A stretch of 64,000 nt of DNA from Nemertoderma westbladi (GCA_032718475.1 JAUCBJ010008232.1:1-64000); one strand, 5' to 3'. Positions 46,846 through 59,383 are shown, counted from the first letter of the stretch. Notes: generated by a model from the letters alone, not told the origin. Made by a program: numbers and translations.

Positions 46846-48663
46846 GTTTGTTTACACAGTTGAATGCCTACTGCTATATTATAGTTAAAGCAAGTCTAGT
46901 AATTCAGTATCAACTGTTAGCCTAGTAATTAATTACCGATATTGTTACTCAATGTAACGTGATATATATATAATATATTAGAATACCGGTATGCTTATAG
47001 TATATATATAAGTATTATTACAGACTAGGTTTGTCACAGAATACCGGTATATAATTTCGGCGCAAATATATATAAATATAGAATAGGCCTATCGTGAATA
47101 CCGGTATGCAGCTTACACTTATAGTATATATAAGTATAATTATATATATGTATAATTAATTACAGAATACCGGTATAATTTCAGCCTAAATTTATAGAAA
47201 TAAATATAATAAGCCTATTGTAAATACCGGTATGTCAATTATTTTAGAATAATTGAATTTCTGAATTTTAGGGGTTACTTGGTTACTTTACTTTACTCTA
47301 TTACCGTTATTTGAGCAGTAGTTCAACTGATATTTAGACCTAATTGTTGTAAGACAGGCCTACTATTTTATAAATAGGTTTGAGTTGATTTATAATATAT
47401 ATACCCGTTTTAATGGGTTTTTGTCAATATTTGAAATAAACACAAAAATTACAAGTACGAATTTTTAGGGTAATTTTACAAGAAGTCTACAAACCAGCCT
47501 AACAAGGGGTTAGAATATCTGGTTATTACAAAAGGACAGGATACTACGGTATTTGAAAATAATAAAGCAGTAGTAAATATATTGCGTTGTCCAGATAGGA
47601 AAAATACCACCATCTGACGACTTATAGCCGTATCGCTATAAGTACTACGTTATGGATCACGGAGTGTTCCTACCTAGAAGTTAATTACCGCGGTCTACCA
47701 GAACCAACGTGCCTATTAACCACTTTACAACACAAATATACTGCCTACACACTAATTACCTTCGGAAAGCACTGTACACTAAACCCTAAATTAGGTACAA
47801 GTACTTATACAACAAATAATCAGTAGTTAGAAATACTTGTACAGCTAAAAGAACCACGGTATCTGCTGGAGTGACCGGGGCACAAAATCACCAGTCTTTA
47901 CCTACGCCAAGCAGCCCTGATGTAGTACCGGGGTTAATTTAACTATAACGGTATATATAACAAGCACAATTACTGTATGAATAAACTTGGTGGGGTATGA
48001 ATGTTGCGAATAATCGCATAAACTCTGAATAATAAATATTACGCGACCCGTACAGACTATACAAACAAAATACTGACCAAACGCTGGCAGACTACTATCA
48101 AGCCTAAACAAACTACAGTATATGTAGACTCCGAAATGGTTAGTTAGTATGCGTTCTAACCGAGTAGTACGACTTATTCTTTCAAGGGGATTTACCTCAC
48201 AGCACTGGAAGCCCCTACTTTCCTAACTAGTACTTTATCGGACATACACTCTACACACACTACAATCTCTTCAGACTTAACAACAGTCAGACAACAGTCC
48301 AGCCTACAAATTATCTGTACAATCTGAGCAGGCTTACACGCCTTCTGCTCAATATTAGCCTACAAATAAATAAAACTGACAGAAATAGGCCTAAGTAAAA
48401 TCCCAATAAAAACCAGGCGTCCCCGATTAATTATTACGACCTACCGGTATATAATTATCAAAATCGAATAATACTGCTGTACCTGTACTGCTGTAAGTAC
48501 CGGTCCGGGTGGTTAGGTAGTCAGGCCTACTGGGTACCGGTTGACCGGTACTTCAGCTTTATTGCCTACTGCAATAAAGAAGCAATATCTGTTATTGTTC
48601 TTACCAGAACAATATTAAACTGAATTTATTGCCTACACTGCAATCAGAAATCATATCTGTTAT

Positions 48664-49837
48664 TGTTCGCGCTTTCAGACCTTTAGCAGTTTAACCTGCC
48701 AAATTTGGGTGTCTTCTAGATTATAAATCGACTTTAGCCTATGACGAGTATTTGATACACTACATTAGCCGAAGCCAGTCTATGCGCGACCATTCACCCA
48801 CTGGATATACCCGGGAGACTGGATTCGGAAGCTTTGACCTTATTGCGGTGTAGGCCTACTGTATTATTCGACTGATTGTTAATATATAATTTCTGACCAA
48901 TATTATTCACTTTCGGGAAATATTAACAGTTCCTTTAGGACGTGGCGCTCTAAATATGTAAACAGAGTTATGACTTACACTAGACACAACGGGATGGCTA
49001 TGGATTCACGTATATAGCGCATTCTTTAGGAGATGCTTTGTTATCAGTCACAATGATGCACACTACCGCACAATACTGCACACTGATCTGCCGACCTTCA
49101 CTAATTTTAGTCACATATAAGAGAACAACAACCGACTCATGTAGTGCCTATGAAATAGCATTAGATTCACTCCAAAACCACTTTAATGTAAGTCGCAATT
49201 GTTATATGAAACCGGTCTCTCCAACCTTCAGTATATCAAGAAGATTGGGGTTTCTGATTATTGGTCGATATTATCCAAATATAATAATATTCCATCAACC
49301 GATATAATTAATGACCGACAGTAAATAGCAGTAAAAATGCGGTGTTTGTAGTTGACAATATGATTAGGTGAGTTATGAGTAGGGTAGGGATAACAGATAT
49401 ACGTTTCGATGACCAAAGCCTACTAATGTTTGGCTAAAGCCTGAAAACACAGAGGTTCCAAAGCCGGTCTTCTAGCTATGGACAAAATACACATACTGAC
49501 TGAATTCATGAGTTTCTGTATACAACCTCCAACACAGAGTCAAAAAACGCTTTGATTGGTCGACCGAACAAAGAGAGAACAGAGAACAAAGAGATGTTCC
49601 ACGTGGATATATCAGCTGTTAGATGTCGTCATGGTAACTACACTGTGTCAAGAGGATTTTAGCTATTGCGACATAAAATTGCTAGTTATGTCCGCTAAAG
49701 TACACATACAGAAGAAATGGCTTTTTATGTCCACTAAAACACCGGTACAGTAAGGAAACGGCTTTTTATGTCCGTTAAACCAACTACAGAGTACTTTGCG
49801 TGAAAAATAACCAGCTAATTCCGCAAAAGCTTTTACA
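48664..49837 (-). repeat. BEL-B 5' LTR (1174 bp)
   Basis: Direct repeat of 31964-33139; about 16 differences counted by eye. Confidence 0.96.
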
Positions 49838-50391
49838 GCCACCTATTGATTATATTGTCGTTGAGTTTCATATTCCAATCTAGTTTTTCTCCCTTTTGTC
49901 TATCTTTCCACACTTCTTAATATAATACCTTTGCTTGCAATGTAATAGGAATGAAATATCCTAACGGATCAAATATCTTTCCTAGGTTCTGCAATATGTC
50001 ACGAATATTTCTTACCTTAGTTTTAATGTTTGATTCTGCAATATGTATTTTATCGGCTTCAATATTCCATCCATACCAAGTACTTTGGTTACACGTGATT
50101 TCATTAGATCAGCAGAATTCATTTTATCAAGTAATTCATTAGAATTTGATGACCATTCACGTAGATTCATAGAGGCTCCTTTAAAAATCTCTTTAGACTC
50201 AATATATAATTGTTTACCTTCATCTACATTATTCACTGAAGCTATTAAATTATCCACATATAAGTTATCCTGAATAACTTGGGCTACAGGAGTATTGGTA
50301 TTCTCTAAATGGTGTGCGATAACAGCACCAAGCAGATACTGGCACGAAATGATTCCAAATGGTATTCAACAAAATCGCATTGTCACAATAT
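49838..50391 (-). pseudogene. BEL-A pol fragment (RT C-terminal part)
   Basis: IPFG, YVDN, MNLREWSSNS, KVLG, DPLG motifs. Confidence 0.88.
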
Positions 50392-50599
50392 CTAATCAGC
50401 TAATAGGCCTATTTATTCGTTCGTGACATTTCAATTTATAAATGCAGTAATCACAGAATCAGCCTTCGCCAGTGTTTATAATTTGTTATACAAATTTAAT
50501 ACCAGCCTTGATCACTGCCAGACTTATTGGCGCCACAGTCAATTAATTTAATTATTGCACTGAGTTACAATAACCAACGCTGTTGGCTCCAACTGGTAA

Positions 50600-51823
50600 A
50601 TGTCGGAGTTACGACGCAAGGCGAGCACAGGCGGTGGAGACTCGTCCCGGCGTCAAAGCTTAGCATCAGGGTCTTCTAACCAACGACAGTCGAAATCGGA
50701 ATCAAACAGACCAACGGAAGCGACTTCTAACGGGAGTCCGACAAAGAAGGATCGCCCACGGAAGCCAAGCAAACTTCAATCTTCGTCGGCCATGACTGGT
50801 GGTTCTCCTCGACAGGATGGACGGGATGAAATTGAAGTCGGCTGCTCTGGGAAACAGTGCAACTTCTCCATAATCTGCATTGCAAAGAAAGAAACCGACT
50901 TCGGCTGCATAGACTTCTACTGCGGCAACTGCGCTGCTATTCACATAGCACACGGTGTTTCAGAGATCGAAGCATTAAAGATCAATCTCGAATACAAGAT
51001 AAATGACCTCACAAACCGACTGGACGATAAATTACACCGATACTACGACGAAATCAAATCCACGAGAATCACGTTTCATCGGGAGCTCGACTCGCGCATG
51101 GATACAATGGAACACAAGCTATCATCTATCGAGTCAAAAGAAACAGATGATGACGTCATCGAGTGTGACACAGAGGACAACAATCACAATGCCTGGACGC
51201 AAGCATCCGCTACGAAACGCGCCCGTCGTCAGACAAAAGCCAAAAGCGAAGTAAACGTTGCTAGACTAGCGAAACAAATAAAGACAGAAGAACAAAAACA
51301 GAACCTACGAAAAGATAACGTAGTCGTAAACGGAATTATACCAGGTGATGATGATAAGCAGTCGTTTATTGACATTGCATCTTCAGTCAATGTGATGATA
51401 AATAAAGAATCTATCTCTATTCGAAGAGCCGGTCGAATCAGAGACGATCGATCCCAACCAATGATCGTTACTCTTACCCACGATCAGCGGGCGTCACTAC
51501 TAAACAAAGCCCGAGAGCTTCGTAAATCAACTCGGTACAGCAATATTTACATATCGCCCGATCTTACACCCGCCGAGAGCAAATTACAATTCGATCTGCG
51601 TGAGGAGCGGCGACACAAACAAGCAGAACATCCAGCCAGGAAATGGATAATCCGCAATGGTGCAGTCATTGAAGCACAGCTTACACAAGAAAGTGTAGCC
51701 CAACCACCATACAATCCAAACGACACTACTCCACGGTTCCATACCCGTGAATTCGTTAGATCTGCGGGTACTGGCGCGACTGGCGGCACAACACCACTGT
51801 CGCCGGCTCAACAGATAAACTGA
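50600..51823 (+). CDS. LINE ORF1 (Cys-rich PHD-like segment, coiled coil, RRM-like domain)
   Basis: C..C..C..FYCGNC, heptad-rich stretch, NVVVNGI, IYISPDLT..E. Confidence 0.85.
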   Translation: MSELRRKASTGGGDSSRRQSLASGSSNQRQSKSESNRPTEATSNGSPTKKDRPRKPSKLQSSSAMTGGSPRQDGRDEIEVGCSGKQCNFSIICIAKKETDFGCIDFYCGNCAAIHIAHGVSEIEALKINLEYKINDLTNRLDDKLHRYYDEIKSTRITFHRELDSRMDTMEHKLSSIESKETDDDVIECDTEDNNHNAWTQASATKRARRQTKAKSEVNVARLAKQIKTEEQKQNLRKDNVVVNGIIPGDDDKQSFIDIASSVNVMINKESISIRRAGRIRDDRSQPMIVTLTHDQRASLLNKARELRKSTRYSNIYISPDLTPAESKLQFDLREERRHKQAEHPARKWIIRNGAVIEAQLTQESVAQPPYNPNDTTPRFHTREFVRSAGTGATGGTTPLSPAQQIN

Positions 51824-51826
51824 TGG

Positions 51827-54800
51827 GTGAAACACGGTTCACGCATCTCACGGTATCAATCTGCTACCACGGATCCCTCGACAGTGACTACTCTGGTTTC
51901 GTCGGCAGTGGAACCCATCGCCACGAACCTAGTCGTGACCGACCCAGTCGCCACCAACCCAGACACCACCGCATCGGATGCCACCAACCCGGTCGCCACC
52001 AACCCGGTCGCCACCAACCCGGTCGCCACCAACCCGGCCGCCACCAACCCAGTCGCCACCAACCCGGTCACCACCAACCCGGTCGCCACCAACCCGGTCG
52101 CCACCGACCCGGTCGCCACCAACCCGGTCGCCACCAACCCGGTCGTCACCGACCCGGTCGCCACTGACCCGGTCGCCACTGACCCGGTCGCCACCGACCC
52201 GGACGCCACCGACTTGGTTGCCAACAACTTGGTCACCACCGACCCAGTCGACACCAGTCCAGACGCCACTGACCTGGTCGCCAACAACCTGGACGCCACT
52301 GACCAGGTCGCCACCAACCCAGTCGCCACCGACCCGGAGGTCACCAACCCGGACGCCACTGACCCGGTCGCCACCGACCCGGTCGCCACCAACCCGGTCG
52401 CCACCAACCAGGTCGCCACCAACCCGGACGCCACCAACCAGGTCGTCACCAACCCGGACACCACTGACCCGGTGGCCGCAAACACAGTTGCCTCCGACCC
52501 GGTCGCTACCAACCCAGACACCACCGACCCGGTCGCCACCGACCCTGTCGCCACCAACCCGGTCGCCACCAACCCGGACACCACCAACCCGGACGGCACC
52601 GAATCTGTCACCGCCGACCCGGATGCCACCGACCCAGTCGCTACAAACTTGGTCAGCGTTGGTCAGTTCAACTCCAGACCAATCGCCAACGTCCCTCAGA
52701 CCCCACTACCGGCGCCGGCACCCACACCGGCGAGCCTATCAGCGCCGTCATCATCCAACAATTCTATTAAATTTTCCACAGTAAACTCGCGATCTATTTG
52801 CAACAAAGTACCAATTATAACAGACTATATAATATCAGAACAAATTGATATCTGCACCATTACCGAGACATGGCTCACTGCAAATGATGATAGCATACGG
52901 GCACAATGCCAGATTGGAGGCTTAACTATTCTCGATTGCCCTAGAGTCAGCGGTCGAGGGGGCGGCACTGCAATAATATTTTCCCCTCGTGTTACGGCAA
53001 CCCCATTAGAGCACGGCACTCGGGACTCACTCGAATACTCGACATGGAGAATATTTAACTCAAAGAAGGTACTATTCATTGTATCTGTCATTTATCGACG
53101 CCCATATTCCGAACAGCACCCTGTGACCACGCAACGGTTTTTGGAAGAATTCCCAGACTACATCGAGACACTGCTCTGCATGCGCGAGAAATTGATTATA
53201 ACGGGTGATTTCAACATACATCTTAATGACGAGTCCGATCCTTGTGCGCACTCCTTCATCGACTCACTCACTTGTCTCGGACTCTCTCAGCATGTCACCG
53301 TCCCCACTCATATCAGTGGAAATACGTTAGATCTCATAATCACTCGCAACAACGATGAAATACCGTTGTCGACTCCGATTTGCGGTGCAAAACTATCAGA
53401 TCATTACTTTATCAACACCAACATCACCGAGCAACATTATACTACCCTACTACCTGAAACAATTTCCTACCGTAACCTAAAGCGCATCAATATTTCTGAC
53501 TTCAAACGAGATTTGGCATCATCATCACTATGCAATCCTTCTTCAATTAGTGAATTGAATTGTGACCAACTAGTCGATGAATATAATCGAGTAATGGCTT
53601 CCACGCTTGAAAAACACGCGCGCTTAGTCACGAAGAAAAAATCGTTGTTAAGAACAAACCCGTGGTATAACCCATCTCTCCGCATTCTCAAGAGAAATCG
53701 GCGGAATTTAGAACGCAAATGGCGAAAAACACACTCTACTGATGATGCATCGGCGCTCTCAAACGCCCGAAACATTTACTCACGAGCACTCATATCTGCC
53801 CAACGGAACTATTACACTTCACGTGTCAATGAGTGCGCAGGCGATCAAAGGAAATTGTTCGCACTCACAAAATCACTGTTGATCCCCAAAGTGCAGCCTG
53901 TCCTACCTACTCCAAATCCCAATACATCATTACCTGACTCATTCGGTGAGTTTTTCATAGACAAAGTTGAAAAGATCCGACAGCAACTCACCACAATGAG
54001 ATCAAATATGAATATTACGGCCACAACCACGCAACCTGATGCTAAAACAGGGAGTTCAGCAATGCAACCATTGCAAAAACAAGCTATTGACCCTTTCTCC
54101 CAATTTCGACCAGTATCACAACCCGAAGTCAAAAAACTAATATTAAAGTCAGCAAACAAACAGTGCGACAACGACCCAGTACCAACTTACCTTGTCAAAA
54201 AGGCCATCGATCAACTATTGCCTGTCATCACAGAGATAATTAATAAGTCAATCACTACCGGATATTTTCCTGACTTTTGGTCCGAGGTGATAATCTCTCC
54301 CCTTATAAAGAAACTGAAGTTAAACTCGATTATCTTCAACAATTATCGGCCGGTAAGCGGGTCAACCTTTCTGTCTAAGACGACCGAGAGAATCGTGCTT
54401 TCCCAAATCATGACACACGTATTGGAAATGTTGCCTACAAATATATCATCATATCGGCCTCATCATAGTACCGAGACCACATTAGTACGTGTTCACTCTG
54501 ACATCCTGTCCGCCATGGACAACCAAAAGGTCACCCTCCTCGTCTTCATCGACCTCAGCGCAGCCTTTGATACTGTGGATAGGGAACTCCTACTTGAAAC
54601 CCTTCGTACAAAGGTGAACATAACCAATGTCGCGCATGATTGGTTTAAATCATACATAGGTAACAGGCGACAGCGAGTAAAAGTACAAGGATGTTTCTCC
54701 CGGACCTTCTGTGTGCTCCACGGATTTCCTCAGGGATCATGTCTCGGCTGTATCCTCTTCATCATCTACATTGCCCAAATCTACATCATCATACAGCGTC

Positions 54801-55675
54801 ATCTACCTGAGGCTCAAGGGTATGCTGATGATGTACAATTATACCTTTCATTTAAGCCAGATTGTCTCACATCCGAAGATTCAGCCATCCGCTCTATGGA
54901 AAACTGCATCAAAGAACTTAGACAGTGGTTCATCGAAAACTGGCTAAAGATAAATGATGACAAGACCGAACTCATGATAATTGGCACACTGCAGCAACTA
55001 GCCAAAGTTAGCAGCACCTCAATCATTGTTGGCGATCATGTAATCGAGTCCTCTGCGAAGGTTCGTAACCTTGGTGCAATTTTTGATGATCATATGTCAA
55101 TGCAATCTTTTATTTCCACCACAACTAGCAGTGCCTTCTACCATCTCCGTAACATACATAGGATCCGACCATTTCTCTCTCGAAAAAGCACCGAACCCCT
55201 TATTCATGCATTCATTTCCAGTAAACTCGATTATTGCAACGCCCTTCTCTATGGCCTTCCAAACACCAAAATCAAAAAACTTCAACGAATACAAAATACA
55301 GCCGCCAGATTGGTCGTGCATGGATCTCGCTATGATCACATCACACCAATATTGCAATCCCTTCATTGGCTACCCATCCGCTCCCGTATCGAATTTAAAA
55401 TATGTTTATTGACATTCAAATGCCTCAACAACATCTGTCCAGCTTACCTAATCGACCTTCTCAATCTCTATAGTAACCCACACAACAGCCGATCTTCAAA
55501 CTCATTGGTCCTACGTGTTCCACCACATAAACACTCAACCCTCGGTGGACGTGCGTTCGCTGTCTCCGCGCCGGCACTTTGGAACAAACTACCACGCGAT
55601 ATCCGACTCTCAGTCAACCTCGACAAATTTAAACGGTTACTCAAAACTCACCTCTATAATCGTGCATTCAACTAA
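51827..55675 (+). CDS. LINE ORF2: Thr/Pro repeat + AP endonuclease + reverse transcriptase
   Basis: EN: NSRSI, ITETWL, GDFNIH, LDLII, SDHY. RT: [23 protein letters not shown]. Open throughout; true start uncertain. Confidence 0.93.
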   Translation: MKHGSRISRYQSATTDPSTVTTLVSSAVEPIATNLVVTDPVATNPDTTASDATNPVATNPVATNPVATNPAATNPVATNPVTTNPVATNPVATDPVATNPVATNPVVTDPVATDPVATDPVATDPDATDLVANNLVTTDPVDTSPDATDLVANNLDATDQVATNPVATDPEVTNPDATDPVATDPVATNPVATNQVATNPDATNQVVTNPDTTDPVAANTVASDPVATNPDTTDPVATDPVATNPVATNPDTTNPDGTESVTADPDATDPVATNLVSVGQFNSRPIANVPQTPLPAPAPTPASLSAPSSSNNSIKFSTVNSRSICNKVPIITDYIISEQIDICTITETWLTANDDSIRAQCQIGGLTILDCPRVSGRGGGTAIIFSPRVTATPLEHGTRDSLEYSTWRIFNSKKVLFIVSVIYRRPYSEQHPVTTQRFLEEFPDYIETLLCMREKLIITGDFNIHLNDESDPCAHSFIDSLTCLGLSQHVTVPTHISGNTLDLIITRNNDEIPLSTPICGAKLSDHYFINTNITEQHYTTLLPETISYRNLKRINISDFKRDLASSSLCNPSSISELNCDQLVDEYNRVMASTLEKHARLVTKKKSLLRTNPWYNPSLRILKRNRRNLERKWRKTHSTDDASALSNARNIYSRALISAQRNYYTSRVNECAGDQRKLFALTKSLLIPKVQPVLPTPNPNTSLPDSFGEFFIDKVEKIRQQLTTMRSNMNITATTTQPDAKTGSSAMQPLQKQAIDPFSQFRPVSQPEVKKLILKSANKQCDNDPVPTYLVKKAIDQLLPVITEIINKSITTGYFPDFWSEVIISPLIKKLKLNSIIFNNYRPVSGSTFLSKTTERIVLSQIMTHVLEMLPTNISSYRPHHSTETTLVRVHSDILSAMDNQKVTLLVFIDLSAAFDTVDRELLLETLRTKVNITNVAHDWFKSYIGNRRQRVKVQGCFSRTFCVLHGFPQGSCLGCILFIIYIAQIYIIIQRHLPEAQGYADDVQLYLSFKPDCLTSEDSAIRSMENCIKELRQWFIENWLKINDDKTELMIIGTLQQLAKVSSTSIIVGDHVIESSAKVRNLGAIFDDHMSMQSFISTTTSSAFYHLRNIHRIRPFLSRKSTEPLIHAFISSKLDYCNALLYGLPNTKIKKLQRIQNTAARLVVHGSRYDHITPILQSLHWLPIRSRIEFKICLLTFKCLNNICPAYLIDLLNLYSNPHNSRSSNSLVLRVPPHKHSTLGGRAFAVSAPALWNKLPRDIRLSVNLDKFKRLLKTHLYNRAFN
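51915..52650 (+). repeat. 15-bp coding minisatellite (CCGGTCGCCACCAAC)n encoding (PVATN/D)n
   Basis: About 50 imperfect units, frame-preserving. Confidence 0.92.
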
Positions 55676-55884
55676 AAACTGTTTTATTCGAACTCATGTA
55701 TCGTATAACATTATTTTATTTAATCATTTTACAGTACAGTACTCCTGGCCCAAAAATAACTACGGGTCTTTTAAACGACATGTATTTTACTTTTTACTTA
55801 AGGAGAGTGCTCAGCGCTTAGAATAATTACTTGTTTTTTAAATAAGCGCTTTATAAATATTGAAATATTATTATTATTATTATT

Positions 55885-56015
55885 AATATTGTTTTTCAAT
55901 GGTTGCTTTATATCATTTGGGTCTTTATACCAGAAGAAACGAGTTACATCCTTATCTGTTTCTTGAATTCCTACTTGTAGATAAGCCTTTTCAATATCTG
56001 ATATAATACTAGTAC
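55885..56015 (-). pseudogene. BEL-A pol fragment (RT N-terminal part); the element is truncated beyond this point
   Basis: ISDIEKAYLQVGIQETDKDVTRFFW. Confidence 0.85.
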
Positions 56016-56152
56016 TAGTATCGGCATGCTGCATTGCAGCTGCATTTTTAAGAATGCTGTGCCGGCTTGTCGAGAAAATTGCGCCACCACAACTCCCTAT
56101 CACCCATGACATTTGCTAGATCATCCGCATCTTCAAGACCAGTGTCCTTTAA

Positions 56153-58328
56153 CCCTATTAACCCTATCCAACCTGGGTGTTGGCGTTTTCCGCCAACATT
56201 TTAAAATGCTGTGAATTTGAGAATATATTTAAGGGCTATGCACTTGAAATTTATTGACTTTTCCTAAAATTTACTGGTGAATCTCGTATTGTCATTTATT
56301 TTTTTGTGCTATTTTTAGTTTTTTTTGTAAATGAGATTTTGTCAAAAGAAGGTCAAGAATTTTATCCAAATTTACAAAAATAATTCTTGGTGCTGTCACA
56401 ATATTCCTAACTTCTTAATTAATGTGATTCTGGTTGGACAATGTCTTAGCCGTGGCATCCAATCAAATACCAAACTATTCAATCAGTTTTACCTGCCAGA
56501 CAGTTATTGAATTGAATTAAATTATAAGTGAAGGTAGATAAGGCATTGTGTTTGTTTACCTTTGCTGGAATTGAGATACCTAAAACACACAGCTGGATAG
56601 AAAACTGGGTTGGGATCTGCAGACAAGTTTTCATCTTAGGATGTATTGAATTAAGTCACCAGGAGTCTGAAACTGCCTCCAGCAAAATAGCAAATTAGGC
56701 TGGCTTCCCAGGTTGCTGTTGCAGACAAACTAATATTGTCTGACCACTTTATTCCAATTGTTTACCAATCTTTGTAGTTGTGTACAGAATAGCCTCCAGC
56801 CATCTGTCCTTTACTAGACTATAATATGATATACTAAACCCAGCATCTCGCTCAAGGTAGGATTTTATGACTTTTCCTAAAAGTCTATTGTCTTCCTAGT
56901 AGTGAAAACCGTTTTCAAAAATATTCGGTAGTTTTCGAGTTATAGCACCATTTTTTAACCCTACTTTTGGCACTTTTTTTTGAGGCGTTTTTTGAAAATT
57001 TCATTTCATTAAATATGAATTGTAACATCTCTATTTTTGATTTACACCGGTTTTTTGGTGTTAGCAATTGGATGGAATTCATATAAATTGATTTAGAAAT
57101 TTCAAACTTGTTTTTTTCGGCGGGTGCCAAATTTTGGTGCCAGCACCAAATTTTGATATATGTCAATTTTGTAAATAGATTGTTTGAAACTTGTTTTTTG
57201 CGCAATTGGGGTTTTTGGGGTTCTGGTTTCGATGAAATATATACGAGTTGCACCAAGCGTATCAAACTTGTATTTTTCGGTGCTGTGTGCAAATTTTGGT
57301 GCTAGCACGAAATTTTGAAAATCCATTCAATAGATAAAATTGCTTGTAACAATTTATTTCTTCGCGTTTTAGAGGTTTATGGCTGTTCTGAATTCAATGG
57401 AATATATAATTATCGAACTAGACATCTCAAACTTGTATTTTTCGGAAGTGGGTGCAAAATGTGGTGCTAGCACCAAATTTTGAAAACCATCAAATATATC
57501 AATTGATTGTGTCATCTTGTTTCTTGCGTTATACGGGTTTGTTACGGTTCTGAATTCAAAGGAATCAGTAAAAATTTCATAAGAGTTTTCAATCTTGTAT
57601 TTTTCGCCAGTGGGTGAAAATTGTTGTGCCAGCACCAAATTTTGGAAAATGAGTAAATTGATCAGTAGATAGTATCATCTTGTTTCTTGCGTTATACGGG
57701 TTTATGAGGGTCCTGAATCCGATGGAATCAATAAAAACAGCACTGGACATCGCAAACTTGTACTTTTTGGTGATGGGTACGAAATTTGGTGCTAGCACCA
57801 AAATTTGCCAAATTACGCCGAAAAATACAAGTAGCAATGATCTGGCATATTTGAAATGTATTCCATTAGAATCAGCGCCCTAGAAAACCTGAAAATGTGA
57901 ATCTATAGCATCGTATAAGTGAATTAAAAATTTTGTGTTCTAACTGAAAAGTGCTGGTTACTTGTTTTTTTCATTTTTTTCCTACGCATAGATAGCCATT
58001 TATGGTAATCATATCATTTTTAAATATTTTCCAATGTATTTTGCGCCCCAGAAAACCTGTATTGAAAAACAATTACCCGAAAAATGTAACTTTCAAATTT
58101 TGTGAAAATTGTGCACTACTTGTAATTTTGGTGCTGCAATATTACCACCCCAGTACATTTTTTCGAAATTTTTTTTTTTCGCTCGGATCCAGACTAGTGA
58201 TACCTACGTACAAACAAAAAATCAGACATTTTCGTTAATATTTGTAGATTTTAGAGGGGGGGGTCAATATGACCCCCCCCCCCCCCCCCGGTATTTGTAC
58301 AGCATTTTGTAGCCCGGTACTAATAGGG
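56153..58328. mobile_element. Non-autonomous piggyBac-type element (possibly composite) with internal ~90-bp repeats
   Basis: TTAA|CCCTATT at 56149-56159 and AATAGGG|TTAA at 58322-58332; repeated AAACTTGTATTTTTCGG...TTTGGTGCTAGCACCAAA units. Confidence 0.7.
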
Positions 58329-58739
58329 TTAATCTTTATTAATTTTATTTGTACTGAGGTTTTCGAGGGCGCTGTTTCCAATGGTCCTACTCTCAAAACG
58401 ATCTAACCTACTGTATAATTAATTACTTAAGTCTGCGAGGTATGCGTAATTAACAAACCTCGTTTACCAGTTTTCCTTAAAAAAAAAATGAAGCTATATT
58501 GCTTAAGAGTACTGAGGGGCGAGCCATGAGGCAAGATGTTTGAGACTTATTTAGATATATTATTACTTAATTTTAACCCCCCAATCGATATCTATTACAA
58601 TATAGGCTATATCTTTTTGTGGAGTCACATAGTAGTCTGAAGTTCCCCAGTCTGCCGCTAGATGGCGAAATGTCTCAAAGTGAAAACCATGAAGTAGCTA
58701 TGAATTGGTTGCTAGGCAATAATACTACATTGTGTATTT

Positions 58740-59374
58740 GAGTGAGGGAAGTGAGGGAAGTGAGGGAGTGAGGGAAGTGAAGGAAGTGAGGGAAGTGAGG
58801 GAAGTGAGGGAAGTGAGGGAAGTGAGGGAAGTGAGGGAAGTGAGGGAAGTGAGGGAAGTGAGAGAAGTGAGGGGAGTGAGGGAGTGAGGGAAGTGAGGGA
58901 AGTGAGGGAGTGAGGGAAGTGAGGGAAGCGGAGGGAAGTGAGGGAAGTGAGGGAAGTGAGGGAAGTGAGGGAAGTGAGGGAAGTGAGGGAGTGAGGGAAG
59001 TGAGGGGAGCGGAGGGAGTGAGGCAGTGGGGGAAGTGAGTGAGTGAGGGAGTGAGGCATTGAGGGAAGTGAGGGAGTGAGGGAAGTGAGGGAAGTGAGGG
59101 AGTGAGGGAAGTGAGGGAAGTGAGGCAGTGAGGGAAGTGAGGGAATGAGGGAGGGAGAGAGGGAATGAGGGAGTGAGTGAGGGAATGAGGGAGGGAAGTG
59201 AGGGAAGTGAGGGAAGTGAGGGAAGTGAGGGAAGTGAGGGAAGTGAGGGAAGTGAGGGAAGTGAGGGAGTGAGGGAGTGAGGGAAGTGAGGGAAGTGAGG
59301 GAGTGAGGGAGTGAGGGAGTGAGGGAGTGAGCGAGTGAGGGAGTGAGGGAGTGAGGCAGTGAGGGAAGTGAGGG
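58740..59374. repeat. Polypurine minisatellite (GAGGGAAGT / GAGGGAGT)n
   Basis: 8-9 bp units over ~630 bp. Confidence 0.95.
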
Positions 59375-59383
59375 AATTCTGAA

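Larger units (their letters stand above)
31964..49837 (-). mobile_element. Full-length BEL/Pao LTR retrotransposon (element B), 17.9 kb
   Basis: Paired LTRs; 5-bp TSD GCCAC at 31959-31963 and 49838-49842; gag-PR-RT-RH-IN order on the minus strand. Confidence 0.96.
50392..55884 (+). mobile_element. Full-length L2/CR1-group non-LTR retrotransposon
   Basis: ORF1 plus EN-RT ORF2; 3' end AAGCGCTTTATAAAT followed by a (TAT)n tail; AATAT duplicated at 50387-50391 and 55885-55889; excision restores the BEL-A frame PLKNNIVTMRFC. Confidence 0.93.

Noticed and set aside
51856-52784. Antisense 257-aa and alternative-frame 268-aa repeat ORFs
   Set aside because: By-products of the GC-rich 15-bp repeat inside LINE ORF2.
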